Assembly: GCA_019449635.1 (NCBI GenBank)
Contig: JAGRPI010000002.1
Span: 21,749 to 85,748, forward strand
Reading direction: 5' to 3'
DNA length: 64,000 nt
From: Candidatus Ferrigenium bremense
Lineage (GTDB): Bacteria > Pseudomonadota > Gammaproteobacteria > Burkholderiales > Gallionellaceae
Position 1 is the stretch's first letter, and every line of letters starts with the position of its first letter. The position numbers and the translations under genes were made by a program. Below the pieces are notes generated by a model. That model was not told the DNA's origin, searched no databases, and saw only the letters and a list, made by a program, of their open reading frames with translations. Positions 48,278 to 61,264 of the stretch are shown in pieces.

Positions 48278-48409
48278 TTAGTGTAGCTGCTGATAAATCT
48301 TTTCAGCAACAAAATATTGAATTTTCTATATGGAGTTGCTGGTAAATCGCTTCAGCAAAAAAATCTTGATTATTTCTTAATGGAGTTGCTGGTAAATCCT
48401 TTCGGCAAG
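48278..48409 (-). repeat. Three tandem variants of the uvrC 3' end (att-like scars)
   Basis: 33-nt units at 48377, 48327 and 48278 encode [20 protein letters not shown](I) and VAEKIYQQLH*. Confidence 0.8.
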
Positions 48410-50209
48410 CGCTTTGCTGATTCCTTCGACTTGGCAGAGCTGTTCAACACTGGCCTGTGCCACTTCGCGCAGCCCGCCGAAATGGGTCAGCAGGCTGCGC
48501 CGCCGCTTGTCCCCCACCCCGCTGATTTCCTCCAGGCTGGATGCGGTGCGCGCCTTGCCGCGCCTGGCGCGGTGTCCGTTGATGGCGAAGCGGTGCGCCT
48601 CGTCGCGGATCTGCTGGATCAGGTGCAAAGCGGGATCGTCGCTGCGCAGTTGTTTTGCCGTACCGTCGTGGAAGATCAATTGTTCCAGCCCGGCCTTGCG
48701 TTCCCCACCCTTGGCCACCCCCACCAATGCCAGTTCATTCAAGCCCAGCTCCTGCATCACTTCCATCGCGATATGTAACTGTCCCAGGCCGCCGTCGATC
48801 AGAATCAGATCGGGCCTGCTGCCCTCCTCCTTTGGCCCGTCTTCGGCAAGCTTCTGGTAGCGGCGCGTCAGTGCCTGGCGCAGCGCCGCATAGTCGTCTC
48901 CCGGTGTAATGCCGGTGATGTTATAGCGGCGGTAATGCGCCGGACGCATATCGGGATTTTCATATACCACGCAGGAAGCCACCGTTGCCTCGCCCATGGT
49001 GTGGCTGACGTCGAAGCACTCGATGCGCTGCAAGTCCGGCATATCCAGCAATTCTCGCAGCTTGTCCAGCCGCAGTTTCTGCCCGCCCTGCTGTATCTTG
49101 CGTTGCTGCAACGCCAGCAGCGCGTTGCGCTGCGCCATTTCCAGCCACTGCCTGCGCTCGCCGCTCGCGGCCTGGCTGATCTTCACCGCGTGACCAGCCT
49201 GTTCACTGAGCAATTGCGCCAGTGTTTCATCATCGCAGGCGGCATCCAGCACCAGCAACGGCGGCACGCTGCGATTCAGGTAATGCTGTGCGATGAACGC
49301 CTGCACAATCTCATCCGCACTCAACCATTCGGCATGCTCCGGAAAGAAACTCTTGTCGCCCAGATGCCGCCCGCCGCGCACCATCGCCAGATTGACGCAG
49401 GTCAGGCCATCCTGTTGCGCGAGCGCGATGATGTCGGCATCCGTCGCCCCGCCGACGGACTCGACGAATTGTTTCTGCTGCACGGTGTGCAAGGCGCGCA
49501 ACTGGTCGCGCAACGCGGCGGCCTGCTCATAATGCTGCGCCTCCGCCGCGCGCTCCATCGTGCTGCGCAAAGCCTGCTCGACCTCATGGTGCTTGCCTTG
49601 CAGCAGCAGCGCCGCGTTGCGGGTATCGGTCTGATAAGCTTCCGCCGAAATCAGTTTCACACAGGGCGCAGTACAGCGGTGGATCTGGTGCAGCAGACAG
49701 GGGCGCGTGCGGTTGTTGAACACGCTGTCTTCGCAGGTGCGAATGCGGAAGATTTTCTGCAGCAGCTGGACGCTTTCCTTTGCCGCATAAGCATTCGGAT
49801 AGGGGCCGAAGTATTGGTGCCGGCGGTCGGGCGCACCGCGGTAATAGGTCAGGCGCGGGAATTCATCACCGGTCAGCACGATATACGGGTAAGACTTGTC
49901 GTCTCTGAACAGTATGTTGTAGCGTGGTTTTAGCGACTTTATCAGGTTGTTTTCGAGCAACAGCGCCTCGGCTTCCGAGCGCGTGACGGTGGTTTCGATG
50001 CGCGCGATATGCGACACCATCAGGCGGATGCGCGGCGAGACATTGGTTTGCTGGAAGTACGAGGCAACGCGTTTTTTCAGTTGCCTGGCCTTGCCGACAT
50101 ACAGTATCTCGCCCTTGGCATCGAAAAAACGATACACGCCCGGCAGCAACGGCAGGCTGTCGAGTATCGGCTTGGGGGCGAATTTTTCAGTGCTCAAGGT
50201 AATTGGCAA
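48377..50209 (-). CDS. uvrC: Excinuclease ABC subunit C
   Basis: PGVYRF...[35 protein letters not shown], HhH. Confidence 0.97.
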   Translation of the reverse strand: MPITLSTEKFAPKPILDSLPLLPGVYRFFDAKGEILYVGKARQLKKRVASYFQQTNVSPRIRLMVSHIARIETTVTRSEAEALLLENNLIKSLKPRYNILFRDDKSYPYIVLTGDEFPRLTYYRGAPDRRHQYFGPYPNAYAAKESVQLLQKIFRIRTCEDSVFNNRTRPCLLHQIHRCTAPCVKLISAEAYQTDTRNAALLLQGKHHEVEQALRSTMERAAEAQHYEQAAALRDQLRALHTVQQKQFVESVGGATDADIIALAQQDGLTCVNLAMVRGGRHLGDKSFFPEHAEWLSADEIVQAFIAQHYLNRSVPPLLVLDAACDDETLAQLLSEQAGHAVKISQAASGERRQWLEMAQRNALLALQQRKIQQGGQKLRLDKLRELLDMPDLQRIECFDVSHTMGEATVASCVVYENPDMRPAHYRRYNITGITPGDDYAALRQALTRRYQKLAEDGPKEEGSRPDLILIDGGLGQLHIAMEVMQELGLNELALVGVAKGGERKAGLEQLIFHDGTAKQLRSDDPALHLIQQIRDEAHRFAINGHRARRGKARTASSLEEISGVGDKRRRSLLTHFGGLREVAQASVEQLCQVEGISKALAERIYQQLH

Positions 50210-50828
50210 TATCCCCGATGACCGCCTTGAACATCGCCGGGGTCAGGCGTTTGGTCTGCGTGTTGTAGCGGCTGCAATGGTAACTGTCATAGAGCGTCAA
50301 ACCACCCGGCAGTTCATGCCGTGCGCCGTGCCCGAAGGCAAAACTGCTCTTGCGTAATTGCAGCGCCATCAGCACCGCCTGGTGCGCGATCGTGCCGAGA
50401 GCCAATACTACCGAGCCTTGCGGCAGCATCGCCAGCTCCTCCGCGACATAGCCGTTGCAGGTGCGTATCTCGCTTGGTTCCGGCTTATTCTGCGGCGGCA
50501 GGCAGCGCACCGCATTGGTGATGCGGCAGCCCCGCAAGCTCAAGACCGGATTGGCATTCCCCGCCGCGTCCAGCGGCTCGGCGCTGCTGGCAAAGCCGTA
50601 TTCGTACAACGTGCCATACAGCAGGTTGCCCGCAAAATCGCCGCTGAATGGCCGTCCGGTGCGGTTCGCGCCGTGCATCCCCGGGGCCAGTCCGACGATC
50701 AGGAAGCGGCTGCCTGCCTCGCCGAACGAGCCTACCGGCAAGGCATGGTAGCCGGCATGGCTAGCGCGCACCTCATCGAGGAACCCGGCTAGGCGCGGGC
50801 AATTACGGCATTCAATGGAAAATACCAT
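50187..50828 (-). CDS. Uracil-DNA glycosylase (family 4/5, Fe-S type)
   Basis: [33 protein letters not shown]. Confidence 0.9.
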   Translation of the reverse strand: MVFSIECRNCPRLAGFLDEVRASHAGYHALPVGSFGEAGSRFLIVGLAPGMHGANRTGRPFSGDFAGNLLYGTLYEYGFASSAEPLDAAGNANPVLSLRGCRITNAVRCLPPQNKPEPSEIRTCNGYVAEELAMLPQGSVVLALGTIAHQAVLMALQLRKSSFAFGHGARHELPGGLTLYDSYHCSRYNTQTKRLTPAMFKAVIGDIANYLEH

Positions 50829-50831
50829 CGC

Positions 50832-52967
50832 CTATCTATGCCCGAAAAAGCCGACGTACCACAGCCCGACCAGCGAGCAGATGCCTGCCGCGATCGCCAG
50901 ATAATAAGGCCACAGCACCCGCTTTTCCGCAAACGGATCGACCAGCAAGCGGTTCGCGCCCTCCGGCAACTCGGCCATCCCGGTCAACGAAGTGCCGAAC
51001 GGGATATTGATGCGCGCCCGCGCGTTGATCGCCCAGCCGTTGGCATCCAGTATCGGGGCGAGATTGCGGCGCTTCAGCTTGAACCATGCCATCGCCATGG
51101 AAGGGCCGGAAACCAGCAGCATCAGGCCGATTAGCGCCAAGGGTATCTGCCAGAATTTCAGCCCCAGCACGCCGCTGACGATCGAGGCGAGAATGCCGCC
51201 GATGGCGCCGATCGCCAGGCCGATCGCCGCGAAGATACCGGCGAATTTGCCCACGTCGAATGGGGGCTTTGGGGGTGCGGCAGGCGCCTCGGCGACTGCC
51301 TTGCCGCTATCCACTGCCGCCTTGATCATCTGGCTGTCCACGGTACTGGCTTTCGATGCCGCCAGCTTCTGGAGCTGCTCGCTGATCATCTTGGACAGTT
51401 TCTTGTAGGGCGACCAGAACGCCTGACGGATGCTGATCGGATGGTCGATGATGCGCACGATGCTGGCATCCCAGTCCTGGCCTTTGCGGTCATAAAAAAT
51501 GCCGTTGCGCCCGACCATCAGGTAATCCGAATCGCCCGCGGTGAAGGCGGCGGCGATGCTCATCTTTTCCGTACCGCCACTGCGCACGCAATCGCAATAT
51601 GCGAGGCAGATGCCGCTCATGCTGGCGAGCCCGGCGTGCCTCGCCACGTCCTCCACCTTGACGCACAGTTCGCAACTGCGCCCGTCCAGAAACAGCGTGC
51701 CGACCTGGAATATCGCCTTGTCCTTGCTGGTGTAGAAACTGCGGAACGACACGAAGTTGTTCACCAGCTTGAACAAATCGCGGTTGTAGCGCAGCAACTT
51801 TTCCACCAGGCGGATCGCCTTCACCTCGGCCTCGACCGCCTTGTCCTGCGCCATCAATCCGTCGAGCGCCGCCTCGCGTCCGCCGCCGAGGATATCGCGG
51901 ATGCGCGCGAGACCGAGTTGCTCGACACTGCCTGCCGGCTTTTTCGCCTGCCATGCCTCGAACGCCGCAAATTTATCAGACAGCGCGACCCAGTCTTGCG
52001 CATTCAGGCTTTCCCGCTTGCCAAGCAACGGCACCACAACCCGCTCGCGCAATGCGTCCAGCCTGCCTTGCCAAGCCGGGTTGATACCGGAAACCAATGG
52101 CAGCGGCTTGTCCGCTGCCACCGTCGCCAGTGGAAAACTCGCCACCTCCTGGCTTTGCGCCGACAGCTCCTGTGCGGCGAGTCGCTGATAATCCTCGGCG
52201 GAACGGCTCAACGGCACGGCTGCGCGCGCGTCATACGCCGCCAACTGGCAGCGCGTAAAATAGTCGCTGACCTTGTCCTTGACGGCATGGAAGGCCTGCG
52301 CCGCAGCCATGGATTTTTCTCCCAGCAAGAGGATGGACGCATCGCTTTCGCCCTTGGCCTGCCAGGCCGCATAGGCGGCGGCCTCGGCAAAAAACTTGTC
52401 GGCGATCTCGCGGTTGATGCCGGCTGTGCCGCTCAAGTCCGCAACTGAGCCGGCACATTTGATGATGTCTTCGACTGTCGCGCGCAACCCGGCGTCACGG
52501 ATCTGCCCGGCACAGATCACCCCGTCGCCGTTGAATTCCAGCCCCGCCACGAATTTCTCGATATCGGCCAGGTCCGCCAGCGAGATTGTCGCCGCATCCG
52601 GCTTGCCGAGGCTTTTCAGAATATGCCGCGCGGAGGCCAGCAACTGTTTGCCCTCTTCGCTGCTGTCGTCGATATCGGCCAGCGCCAGGCTATCCGCTCC
52701 CTCGACCAGCAGATCGGCATTCTTCAGCACCCCCCCCGCCCACTCGATGGCCGCCAGCACTTCGTTGGCGCGCACATGTCCATCGGTATCGCTATCGATC
52801 ATATCCAGCGTCCTGGTGTCGAACTCCAGGCCGCGCGTCGGACAGCCCAGCGCCACCCACAGCTTCTGGTCCAGTTGTTTCAGCGCCAGCAGATCCGCGC
52901 CGCTGTCGAGCTGCACTTGGTCGAATCCACCTGCCCGGAAAAAACTCCATGTATGCGATGTGGTCAT
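50832..52967 (-). CDS. Hypothetical protein (~711 aa) with EF-hand-like loop and C-terminal membrane segments
   Basis: DSDTDGHVRANE 12-residue loop; hydrophobic C-terminal helices. Confidence 0.85.
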   Translation of the reverse strand: MTTSHTWSFFRAGGFDQVQLDSGADLLALKQLDQKLWVALGCPTRGLEFDTRTLDMIDSDTDGHVRANEVLAAIEWAGGVLKNADLLVEGADSLALADIDDSSEEGKQLLASARHILKSLGKPDAATISLADLADIEKFVAGLEFNGDGVICAGQIRDAGLRATVEDIIKCAGSVADLSGTAGINREIADKFFAEAAAYAAWQAKGESDASILLLGEKSMAAAQAFHAVKDKVSDYFTRCQLAAYDARAAVPLSRSAEDYQRLAAQELSAQSQEVASFPLATVAADKPLPLVSGINPAWQGRLDALRERVVVPLLGKRESLNAQDWVALSDKFAAFEAWQAKKPAGSVEQLGLARIRDILGGGREAALDGLMAQDKAVEAEVKAIRLVEKLLRYNRDLFKLVNNFVSFRSFYTSKDKAIFQVGTLFLDGRSCELCVKVEDVARHAGLASMSGICLAYCDCVRSGGTEKMSIAAAFTAGDSDYLMVGRNGIFYDRKGQDWDASIVRIIDHPISIRQAFWSPYKKLSKMISEQLQKLAASKASTVDSQMIKAAVDSGKAVAEAPAAPPKPPFDVGKFAGIFAAIGLAIGAIGGILASIVSGVLGLKFWQIPLALIGLMLLVSGPSMAMAWFKLKRRNLAPILDANGWAINARARINIPFGTSLTGMAELPEGANRLLVDPFAEKRVLWPYYLAIAAGICSLVGLWYVGFFGHR

Positions 52968-53019
52968 ATGCGCTCCCTGTGGTCGAGTTAAAAGCAAACT
53001 TGATTATAAGCTCGGTGGC

Positions 53020-53865
53020 TTAGTTTTCCTGATGCTCCAGCGTATACCCTGCGCCTTCGTCCTGCCCGAGATGCTGCGCCAGATACGGCATGACTTCCTG
53101 CAACACGCCGTGCAAAGTCCACGGCGGGTTGACGATGAACATACCGCTGCCGTGCATGCCGAAACCGTCCTCGCCGGGAGTCTGCACGCTGAGCGCGACA
53201 TGCATCCAGCTCTTTACCGGCAGTTGCCTGAGCTGCTCCGGCAACTGCCGCGACTCGGTGCGTTGCAGCTGCGGATACCATACCGCATATACGCCGCCGG
53301 CAAAGCGTTTCAGTCCTTCGCGCAACGCCGCCGTCACATGCCGGTAATCCTGCTTGTCCTCATACGGCGGGTCGATCAGCACCAGCGCGCGGCGCGGCGG
53401 GGGCGGCAGCAAGGCCTTCAGCGCACCGAAACCGTCGGCGGCCTGGATCAGCACCTGCGCCTCGTGTCCGGCAAAATTCTCCCGCAAGATATCGCTGTCG
53501 CTGGGATGCAGCTCGAACAGCCGCAGCCGGTCCTGTTCGCGCAACAGCTCCAGCGCGACCAGCGGCGAGCCCGGATAGAGCCGCAACTGCCCGTCCGGGT
53601 TGAGGCGCTTCACCAGTGCTACATATTCCGCCAGCGGTGCGGGCAGATCGTCGCGCTGCCAGAGCCGCGCGATGCCTCCTTCATATTCCGCATTCTGCGC
53701 GGCATAGCCAGTGTCCAGCGCATAACAGCCTGCTCCGGCATGGGTGTCGATGTACCAGAACGGCTTGTCTTTCTGCGCCAGGTAACGCAGCAACTGCACC
53801 TCGACAAAGTGCTTCAGCACATCGGCGTGGTTGCCGGCATGAAAGGCGTGGCGGTAACTCAGCAT
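53020..53865 (-). CDS. rlmJ: 23S rRNA m6A2030 methyltransferase
   Basis: MLSYRHAFHAGNHADVLKH, DTHAGAG, IDPPYE. Confidence 0.96.
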   Translation of the reverse strand: MLSYRHAFHAGNHADVLKHFVEVQLLRYLAQKDKPFWYIDTHAGAGCYALDTGYAAQNAEYEGGIARLWQRDDLPAPLAEYVALVKRLNPDGQLRLYPGSPLVALELLREQDRLRLFELHPSDSDILRENFAGHEAQVLIQAADGFGALKALLPPPPRRALVLIDPPYEDKQDYRHVTAALREGLKRFAGGVYAVWYPQLQRTESRQLPEQLRQLPVKSWMHVALSVQTPGEDGFGMHGSGMFIVNPPWTLHGVLQEVMPYLAQHLGQDEGAGYTLEHQEN

Positions 53866-53991
53866 GGGTCAGGGAACCGGAAATTGCGCAAAGCGCGATT
53901 GTGCCACGCCCGCCCGGATAATGCGCCATCTGGCAAAATATCCGGGATATCCGGTATATTGGCTACCGGGCCATTTCCGGTGGGAGGAATG

Positions 53992-54537
53992 ATGGGCAAA
54001 CAATATAAACAGTTGACCGACGATCTGGCGGGCTTCATCCAGCGGCAAAAGATATTCTTTGTCGGCACCGCCGCAGACGGCGGCAGGATCAATGTATCGC
54101 CTAAGGGGATGGACACCCTGCGCGTCGTCACGGAAGACCGTGTCGTCTGGCTCAACCTCACCGGGAGCGGCAACGAGACAGCGGCCCACCTCCGCGAGGA
54201 TGGCCGCATCACCCTGATGTTCTGCGCATTCGAGGGCGATCCGCTGATCCTGCGCCTGTACGGCCATGCACAGATATTCCACCCGCGCGACGCGGAATGG
54301 GACAGCCTGATCCCGTTTTTCCCGATGATCCCCGGCGCCCGCCAGATCATCGACATGTCGATCGACCTGGTACAGACATCCTGCGGCTACGGAGTGCCAC
54401 TTTTCGAGTTCAAGGCCGACCGGGACCAGCTGGAAGAATGGGCCGAGAGAAAAGGCCCGGAAGGCATACGGGAATACTGGGAAGAAAAAAACCAGCTGAG
54501 TCTGGACGGCAGACCCACGGGCATCATTGCGGAATAG
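53992..54537 (+). CDS. Pyridoxamine 5'-phosphate oxidase-family FMN-binding protein
   Basis: FFVGTA, NVSPKG, LTGSGNETAAH, QTSCGYGVP; GGAGG RBS. Confidence 0.88.
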   Translation: MGKQYKQLTDDLAGFIQRQKIFFVGTAADGGRINVSPKGMDTLRVVTEDRVVWLNLTGSGNETAAHLREDGRITLMFCAFEGDPLILRLYGHAQIFHPRDAEWDSLIPFFPMIPGARQIIDMSIDLVQTSCGYGVPLFEFKADRDQLEEWAERKGPEGIREYWEEKNQLSLDGRPTGIIAE

Positions 54538-54579
54538 GCAGCGCGGCAGGGAACGGCAACAGCCGGATCGAGGGCAAAC

Positions 54580-54612
54580 AAAAAGCCCGGCACTTTCGCG
54601 CCGGGCTTTTTT
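54580..54612. terminator. Bidirectional intrinsic terminator
   Basis: AAAAAGCCCGG-loop-CCGGGCTTTTTT between convergent genes. Confidence 0.85.
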
Positions 54613-54629
54613 ACCAACTCAAGAACCGG

Positions 54630-54833
54630 TTAAGCGGACTGAATGTTGGAGGCTTGCTTGCCCTTTGGGCCTTGTGTCACTTCAAAGCTGACCTTCTGGC
54701 CTTCTTTGAGCGACTTGAAACCGTTCATGTTGATTGCTGAAAAGTGTGCGAACAAATCGTCGCTGCCGTCATCGGGAGTGACAAAGCCAAAACCCTTTGC
54801 GTCGTTGAACCATTTAACTGTACCTGTTGCCAT
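54630..54833 (-). CDS. Cold-shock protein
   Basis: [15 protein letters not shown] (RNP1), LFAHFSAI (RNP2). Confidence 0.97.
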   Translation of the reverse strand: MATGTVKWFNDAKGFGFVTPDDGSDDLFAHFSAINMNGFKSLKEGQKVSFEVTQGPKGKQASNIQSA

Positions 54834-55085
54834 GTGTTTACTTCCTTATTAAAAAAACGGGAAAAACTCCCGCGAAACTATTTGAGTCGAAGATTGCACA
54901 TGGAAAAACCAGTACTGCAGTGACTTTGAATCAAATACCTGAATGCCTTGTACGCGCAATAGTTGATACCGTCAAGGTAATTCTCAAGGGGTCAGATCAA
55001 GCTGTCCCTTCGATAAGGCTAACTTCTTTGATCGTGACTCCGATATATTGCCCCCACTCCGCCACAAACACTCATTGAAACAACC

Positions 55086-55412
55086 ATGGCACGCCGCAAC
55101 CACTACCACGTCTATGTGATCGAACTGTCGAAAGACGTTCTGTGCGAAGGCCGCTTCAAGCGCTGCAACCCCGGCTACATCACGGGCAAGCCCTGCGTCT
55201 ACGTCGGCATGACCGGAATAGACCCCGACGTGCGCTTCGACAAGCACAAGGCAGGCATCCAGTCCAACCGCTACGTCAAGGAATACGGATTACGACTATT
55301 GCCCGACCTCTACGAGGGCTTCAACCCGATGTCCTATGACGAAGCGTGCGAAAGGGAGGTGGAGGTCGGCATCGACTTGCGCGAGGCTGGGTTCGGGGTC
55401 TGGCAGGCTTGA
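55086..55412 (+). CDS. Small GIY-YIG-like nuclease-family protein
   Basis: YHVYVIEL...VYVGMTG...RFDKHKAG...CEREVE. Confidence 0.75.
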   Translation: MARRNHYHVYVIELSKDVLCEGRFKRCNPGYITGKPCVYVGMTGIDPDVRFDKHKAGIQSNRYVKEYGLRLLPDLYEGFNPMSYDEACEREVEVGIDLREAGFGVWQA

Positions 55413-55441
55413 ATGCCAAGGACACGGTTTTGACACAAGCA

Positions 55442-55476
55442 AAACAAAAAGCCCGGCATCGCCGGGCTTTTTGTTT
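55442..55476. terminator. Bidirectional intrinsic terminator
   Basis: AAACAAAAAGCCCGG-CATCG-CCGGGCTTTTTGTTT. Confidence 0.85.
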
Positions 55477-55487
55477 GCAGCAACTCC

Positions 55488-58073
<2,586 letters not shown>

Positions 58074-58198
58074 GGTAAAGCACCCCCTTGGTAAACTCGA
58101 ATGCCAGCTAGGTGGGGGAAGGCAACATGAATTTCAACCCCACGCTCCATCCTTTATACTGTACGCCATACTGTATGCCCCGTGGGGGAAAGCGCGCC

Positions 58199-59038
58199 AT
58201 GCCACATCTGAACCTTGCCCAACATATTCATGCAAACGTATCTGCCGCGCTGGATGAAGACCTGCGCGGTGGCGACCTCACCGCACAGTTGCTTCCCACG
58301 GCGCAGACCGCTACCGCCCGCGTCATCTCACGCCAGGAGGCGGTACTGTGCGGCACGCTGTGGTTCGAGGAATGCTTCCTCAGCCTCGACCCCGGCTGTG
58401 AAGTCCGCTGGGCAGTGCAGGAAGGCGCACTCGTCCAGCCCAACCAGCCGTTATGCGAAATACGCGGCAATACGCGCGTGCTGCTCAGCGCGGAACGCAG
58501 CGCACTGAATTTCCTGCAGACCCTGTCCGGCACCGCCACCCTGGTGCGCCGTTATGTGGAAGCCGTGGCCGGCACTCAGGCGAAGATCATGGACACGCGC
58601 AAGACCCTGCCGGGGCTGCGCATCGCGCAAAAGCATGCGGTCCGCGTCGGTGGCGGGCACAACCAGCGCATCGGGCTGTTCGACGGCGTGCTGATCAAGG
58701 AGAACCACATCGCCGCAGCAGACAGCATCCGCGCGGTGCTGGAACTGGCGTTCCGCCTCACCCCACCGGGGATACCCATCCAGATCGAGGTGGAAAGCAT
58801 GGCGCAACTCGACGAGGCGCTCAATGCTGGCGCACGGCTGATCCTGCTCGACAATTTTTCGCTGGTGGACATGCATACCGCCGTGACCCATGCCGCCAAA
58901 CGAGCCGAGCTGGAAGCCTCCGGCGGCATCGCGCTGGACAATGTACGCCTCGTCGCGGAGACCGGCGTGGACCGGATATCCATCGGCGCGCTGACCAAGG
59001 ATGTGCAGGCGGTGGATTTGTCGATGCGCCTCACTTGA
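58199..59038 (+). CDS. nadC: Nicotinate-nucleotide pyrophosphorylase (carboxylating)
   Basis: [30 protein letters not shown]. Confidence 0.96.
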   Translation: MPHLNLAQHIHANVSAALDEDLRGGDLTAQLLPTAQTATARVISRQEAVLCGTLWFEECFLSLDPGCEVRWAVQEGALVQPNQPLCEIRGNTRVLLSAERSALNFLQTLSGTATLVRRYVEAVAGTQAKIMDTRKTLPGLRIAQKHAVRVGGGHNQRIGLFDGVLIKENHIAAADSIRAVLELAFRLTPPGIPIQIEVESMAQLDEALNAGARLILLDNFSLVDMHTAVTHAAKRAELEASGGIALDNVRLVAETGVDRISIGALTKDVQAVDLSMRLT

Positions 59039-59087
59039 ACTTTGACTGCCACCCTGATTTCTGCGGCAACTGTTTCAGGAATCTGCC

Positions 59088-59522
59088 ATGAATGAATCGC
59101 TGCACATCGTCTGCCCGCATTGCGATGCGGTGAACCGCGTCCCATCAGTCAAATTGCCGGAACGGCCTGTCTGCGGCAAGTGCAAGCAGCCCCTGTTCGA
59201 TGCGCACCCCGTGGAGCTGGACAGCGGCAATTTTGCCCGGCACATCGGCCGCAACGACATTCCGGTGCTGGTGGATTTCTGGGCGCCATGGTGCGGCCCG
59301 TGCCGCATGATGGCGCCCGACTTCGCCCGGGCCGCGGAACAACTGGAACCCGGGATGCGGCTGGCCAAGCTGAACACCGAACAAGCGCAGGATCTGGCGG
59401 CGCGTTACAACATCCGCAGCATCCCTACCCTTGCGTTGCTCAGGAACGGGCAGGAAATCGCGCGCCAGGCCGGCGCAATGGACGCAGCCGGTATCGTACG
59501 GTGGGCGCGCAGCAAGCTTTAG
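59088..59522 (+). CDS. trxC: Thioredoxin 2 (Zn-binding)
   Basis: CPHC...CGKC N-terminal zinc site; WCGPC active site. Confidence 0.95.
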   Translation: MNESLHIVCPHCDAVNRVPSVKLPERPVCGKCKQPLFDAHPVELDSGNFARHIGRNDIPVLVDFWAPWCGPCRMMAPDFARAAEQLEPGMRLAKLNTEQAQDLAARYNIRSIPTLALLRNGQEIARQAGAMDAAGIVRWARSKL

Positions 59523-59553
59523 GCAAGCAGCGGATTCCCCTGAAGAAAAGCCG

Positions 59554-60288
59554 TCATTCCAGCCAGACAAACGTGCCCATGCGCCCGGTCGCACCGTCGC
59601 GACGGTAGGAAAAAAACTTCTCGCGCTCACGGTAGGTACAGCGACCGCCACCGTAAATCTGCGTGATGCCCAGCGCATCGAGACGCAATCGCGCCAATGC
59701 GCAGATGTCGGCAAACCATTTGCCGGACTGGCCGGGAACGAATGCCGATGCAGCTTGCGGTTGCACGGCGATAAAAGCGGCGCGCACTTCATCGCCCACT
59801 TCGAAGGCCTCCTGGCCGATCGCCGGTCCCAGCCACGCAATCAGGCTTTGCGGCGCAGCGCCCATCGCCCGCACGGTGGCTTCGATCACTCCAGCTGCCA
59901 GGCCTTTCCACCCGGCGTGCACCGCACCGGCCACGCTGCCCTGCGCATCGCACAACAATATCGGCAGGCAATCGGCGGTCATCACCACACACACCGACTC
60001 GCGGTGCCGTGTTATGCAGGCATCGGCCTGCGGCAGGCAGGAGGTGTGACCGGCGTCGGCGACCAGCGTGCCGTGCACCTGCTCCAGCCATACCGGTTCG
60101 CTGGGCAACAGCCTGTTGAGCAGGATGCGGTTGCGCTCCACCGCCAGCGGGTTATCGCCGACATGGTCACCCAGATTGAGGCTGTCGTAGGGGGCGAGGC
60201 TCACGCCGCCTTGCCGGGTGGTCTGCAAGGCTCTGACATTGGGCGGCGCAGGCCAGTCCGGAACGAGCAGATGTTCAGGCAGGAGCAT
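59554..60288 (-). CDS. pgeF: Peptidoglycan editing factor PgeF (YfiH)
   Basis: QVHG, MTADCLP, HAGWKG, FFSYRR. Confidence 0.93.
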   Translation of the reverse strand: MLLPEHLLVPDWPAPPNVRALQTTRQGGVSLAPYDSLNLGDHVGDNPLAVERNRILLNRLLPSEPVWLEQVHGTLVADAGHTSCLPQADACITRHRESVCVVMTADCLPILLCDAQGSVAGAVHAGWKGLAAGVIEATVRAMGAAPQSLIAWLGPAIGQEAFEVGDEVRAAFIAVQPQAASAFVPGQSGKWFADICALARLRLDALGITQIYGGGRCTYREREKFFSYRRDGATGRMGTFVWLE

Positions 60289-61264
60289 GGCTCGCCTCGC
60301 GTATTTGCCGCAGAAGCTCCGTCATATCCCCGGGCAGCGGTGCGTGCCATTCCATCGTCTCGCCGCTGACCGGATGTTCCAGCGCCAGACGCGTGGCGTG
60401 CAAGGCCTGGCGCGGGAAATCGTGCAATAGGACGCGCAGTTGCGGCACACATTTTTGCGCGCCTCTCAGATACACATGGTCGCCCACCAGCGGATGGCCG
60501 ATGGATGCCAGATGCACACGGATCTGATGGGTGCGCCCGGTTTCCAGGCGGCAACGCAGCAAGGTGCAGCTCGGGAATTTCTCTTCGATCTGGTAATGCG
60601 TCGTGGCGGGCTTGCCGTTTTCCACCGCAGCCATCTTGACGCGCTGGGTGGGATGGCGGCCTATCGGCGCATCCACCGTCCCGCCATGGCGCACCTCGCC
60701 CCACACCAGCGCCAAGTATTCGCGCTTGACGCTGCGCGTCTGCAATTGCCGCACCAGCGCGGTCTGTGCCGTCAGGGTTTTGGCCACTACCAGAAGTCCG
60801 CTGGTATCCTTGTCGAGGCGATGCACGATGCCGGCGCGCGGCACGCCTTCCAGCTGTGGGGCATGGTGCAGCAGCGCATTCAACAGCGTCCCTTCCCAGT
60901 TGCCGCTGCCGGGGTGCACCACCAGCCCGACAGGCTTGTTGATCACCAGCAGCGCATCGTCCTCGTAGGCGACATCGAGCGCGATATCTTCGGCCTGGTG
61001 CGGTTGCTCGGTGGGGTGCGCTTGCGGCTGCACGACGATGGTCTCACCACCCCATACTTTCTGTTTTGCCGCAGCGGCAACCCCGTTCAGGCTGGCCTGC
61101 CCCGCCGCGATCCAATCCTGCAAGCGGCTGCGCGAATACTCCGGCAACAGTTTCGCCAGCACCTGATCGAAACGCATGCCCGCGCAATCATCGGGCACAA
61201 TGAAGACCTGCGGGTCGGTTGCGGCTGCGTTATAATCGCGCAAATTTTTTCCGGATTCAGTCAT
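60275..61264 (-). CDS. rluD: 23S rRNA pseudouridine synthase RluD
   Basis: S4-like N-terminus, HRLDKDTSG, LETGRTHQIRVH. Confidence 0.95.
   Translation of the reverse strand: MTESGKNLRDYNAAATDPQVFIVPDDCAGMRFDQVLAKLLPEYSRSRLQDWIAAGQASLNGVAAAAKQKVWGGETIVVQPQAHPTEQPHQAEDIALDVAYEDDALLVINKPVGLVVHPGSGNWEGTLLNALLHHAPQLEGVPRAGIVHRLDKDTSGLLVVAKTLTAQTALVRQLQTRSVKREYLALVWGEVRHGGTVDAPIGRHPTQRVKMAAVENGKPATTHYQIEEKFPSCTLLRCRLETGRTHQIRVHLASIGHPLVGDHVYLRGAQKCVPQLRVLLHDFPRQALHATRLALEHPVSGETMEWHAPLPGDMTELLRQIREASHAPA

Noticed and set aside
48278-48409. CRISPR mini-array
   Set aside because: Repeats encode the UvrC C-terminus, spacers are only ~17 nt and similar to each other, and there are no cas genes in the window.
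52396-53988. N-terminal 530 aa of the 713-aa ORF 52396-54537
   Set aside because: Antisense to rlmJ and the EF-hand gene; only the part from ~53992 (with RBS) is a real gene.
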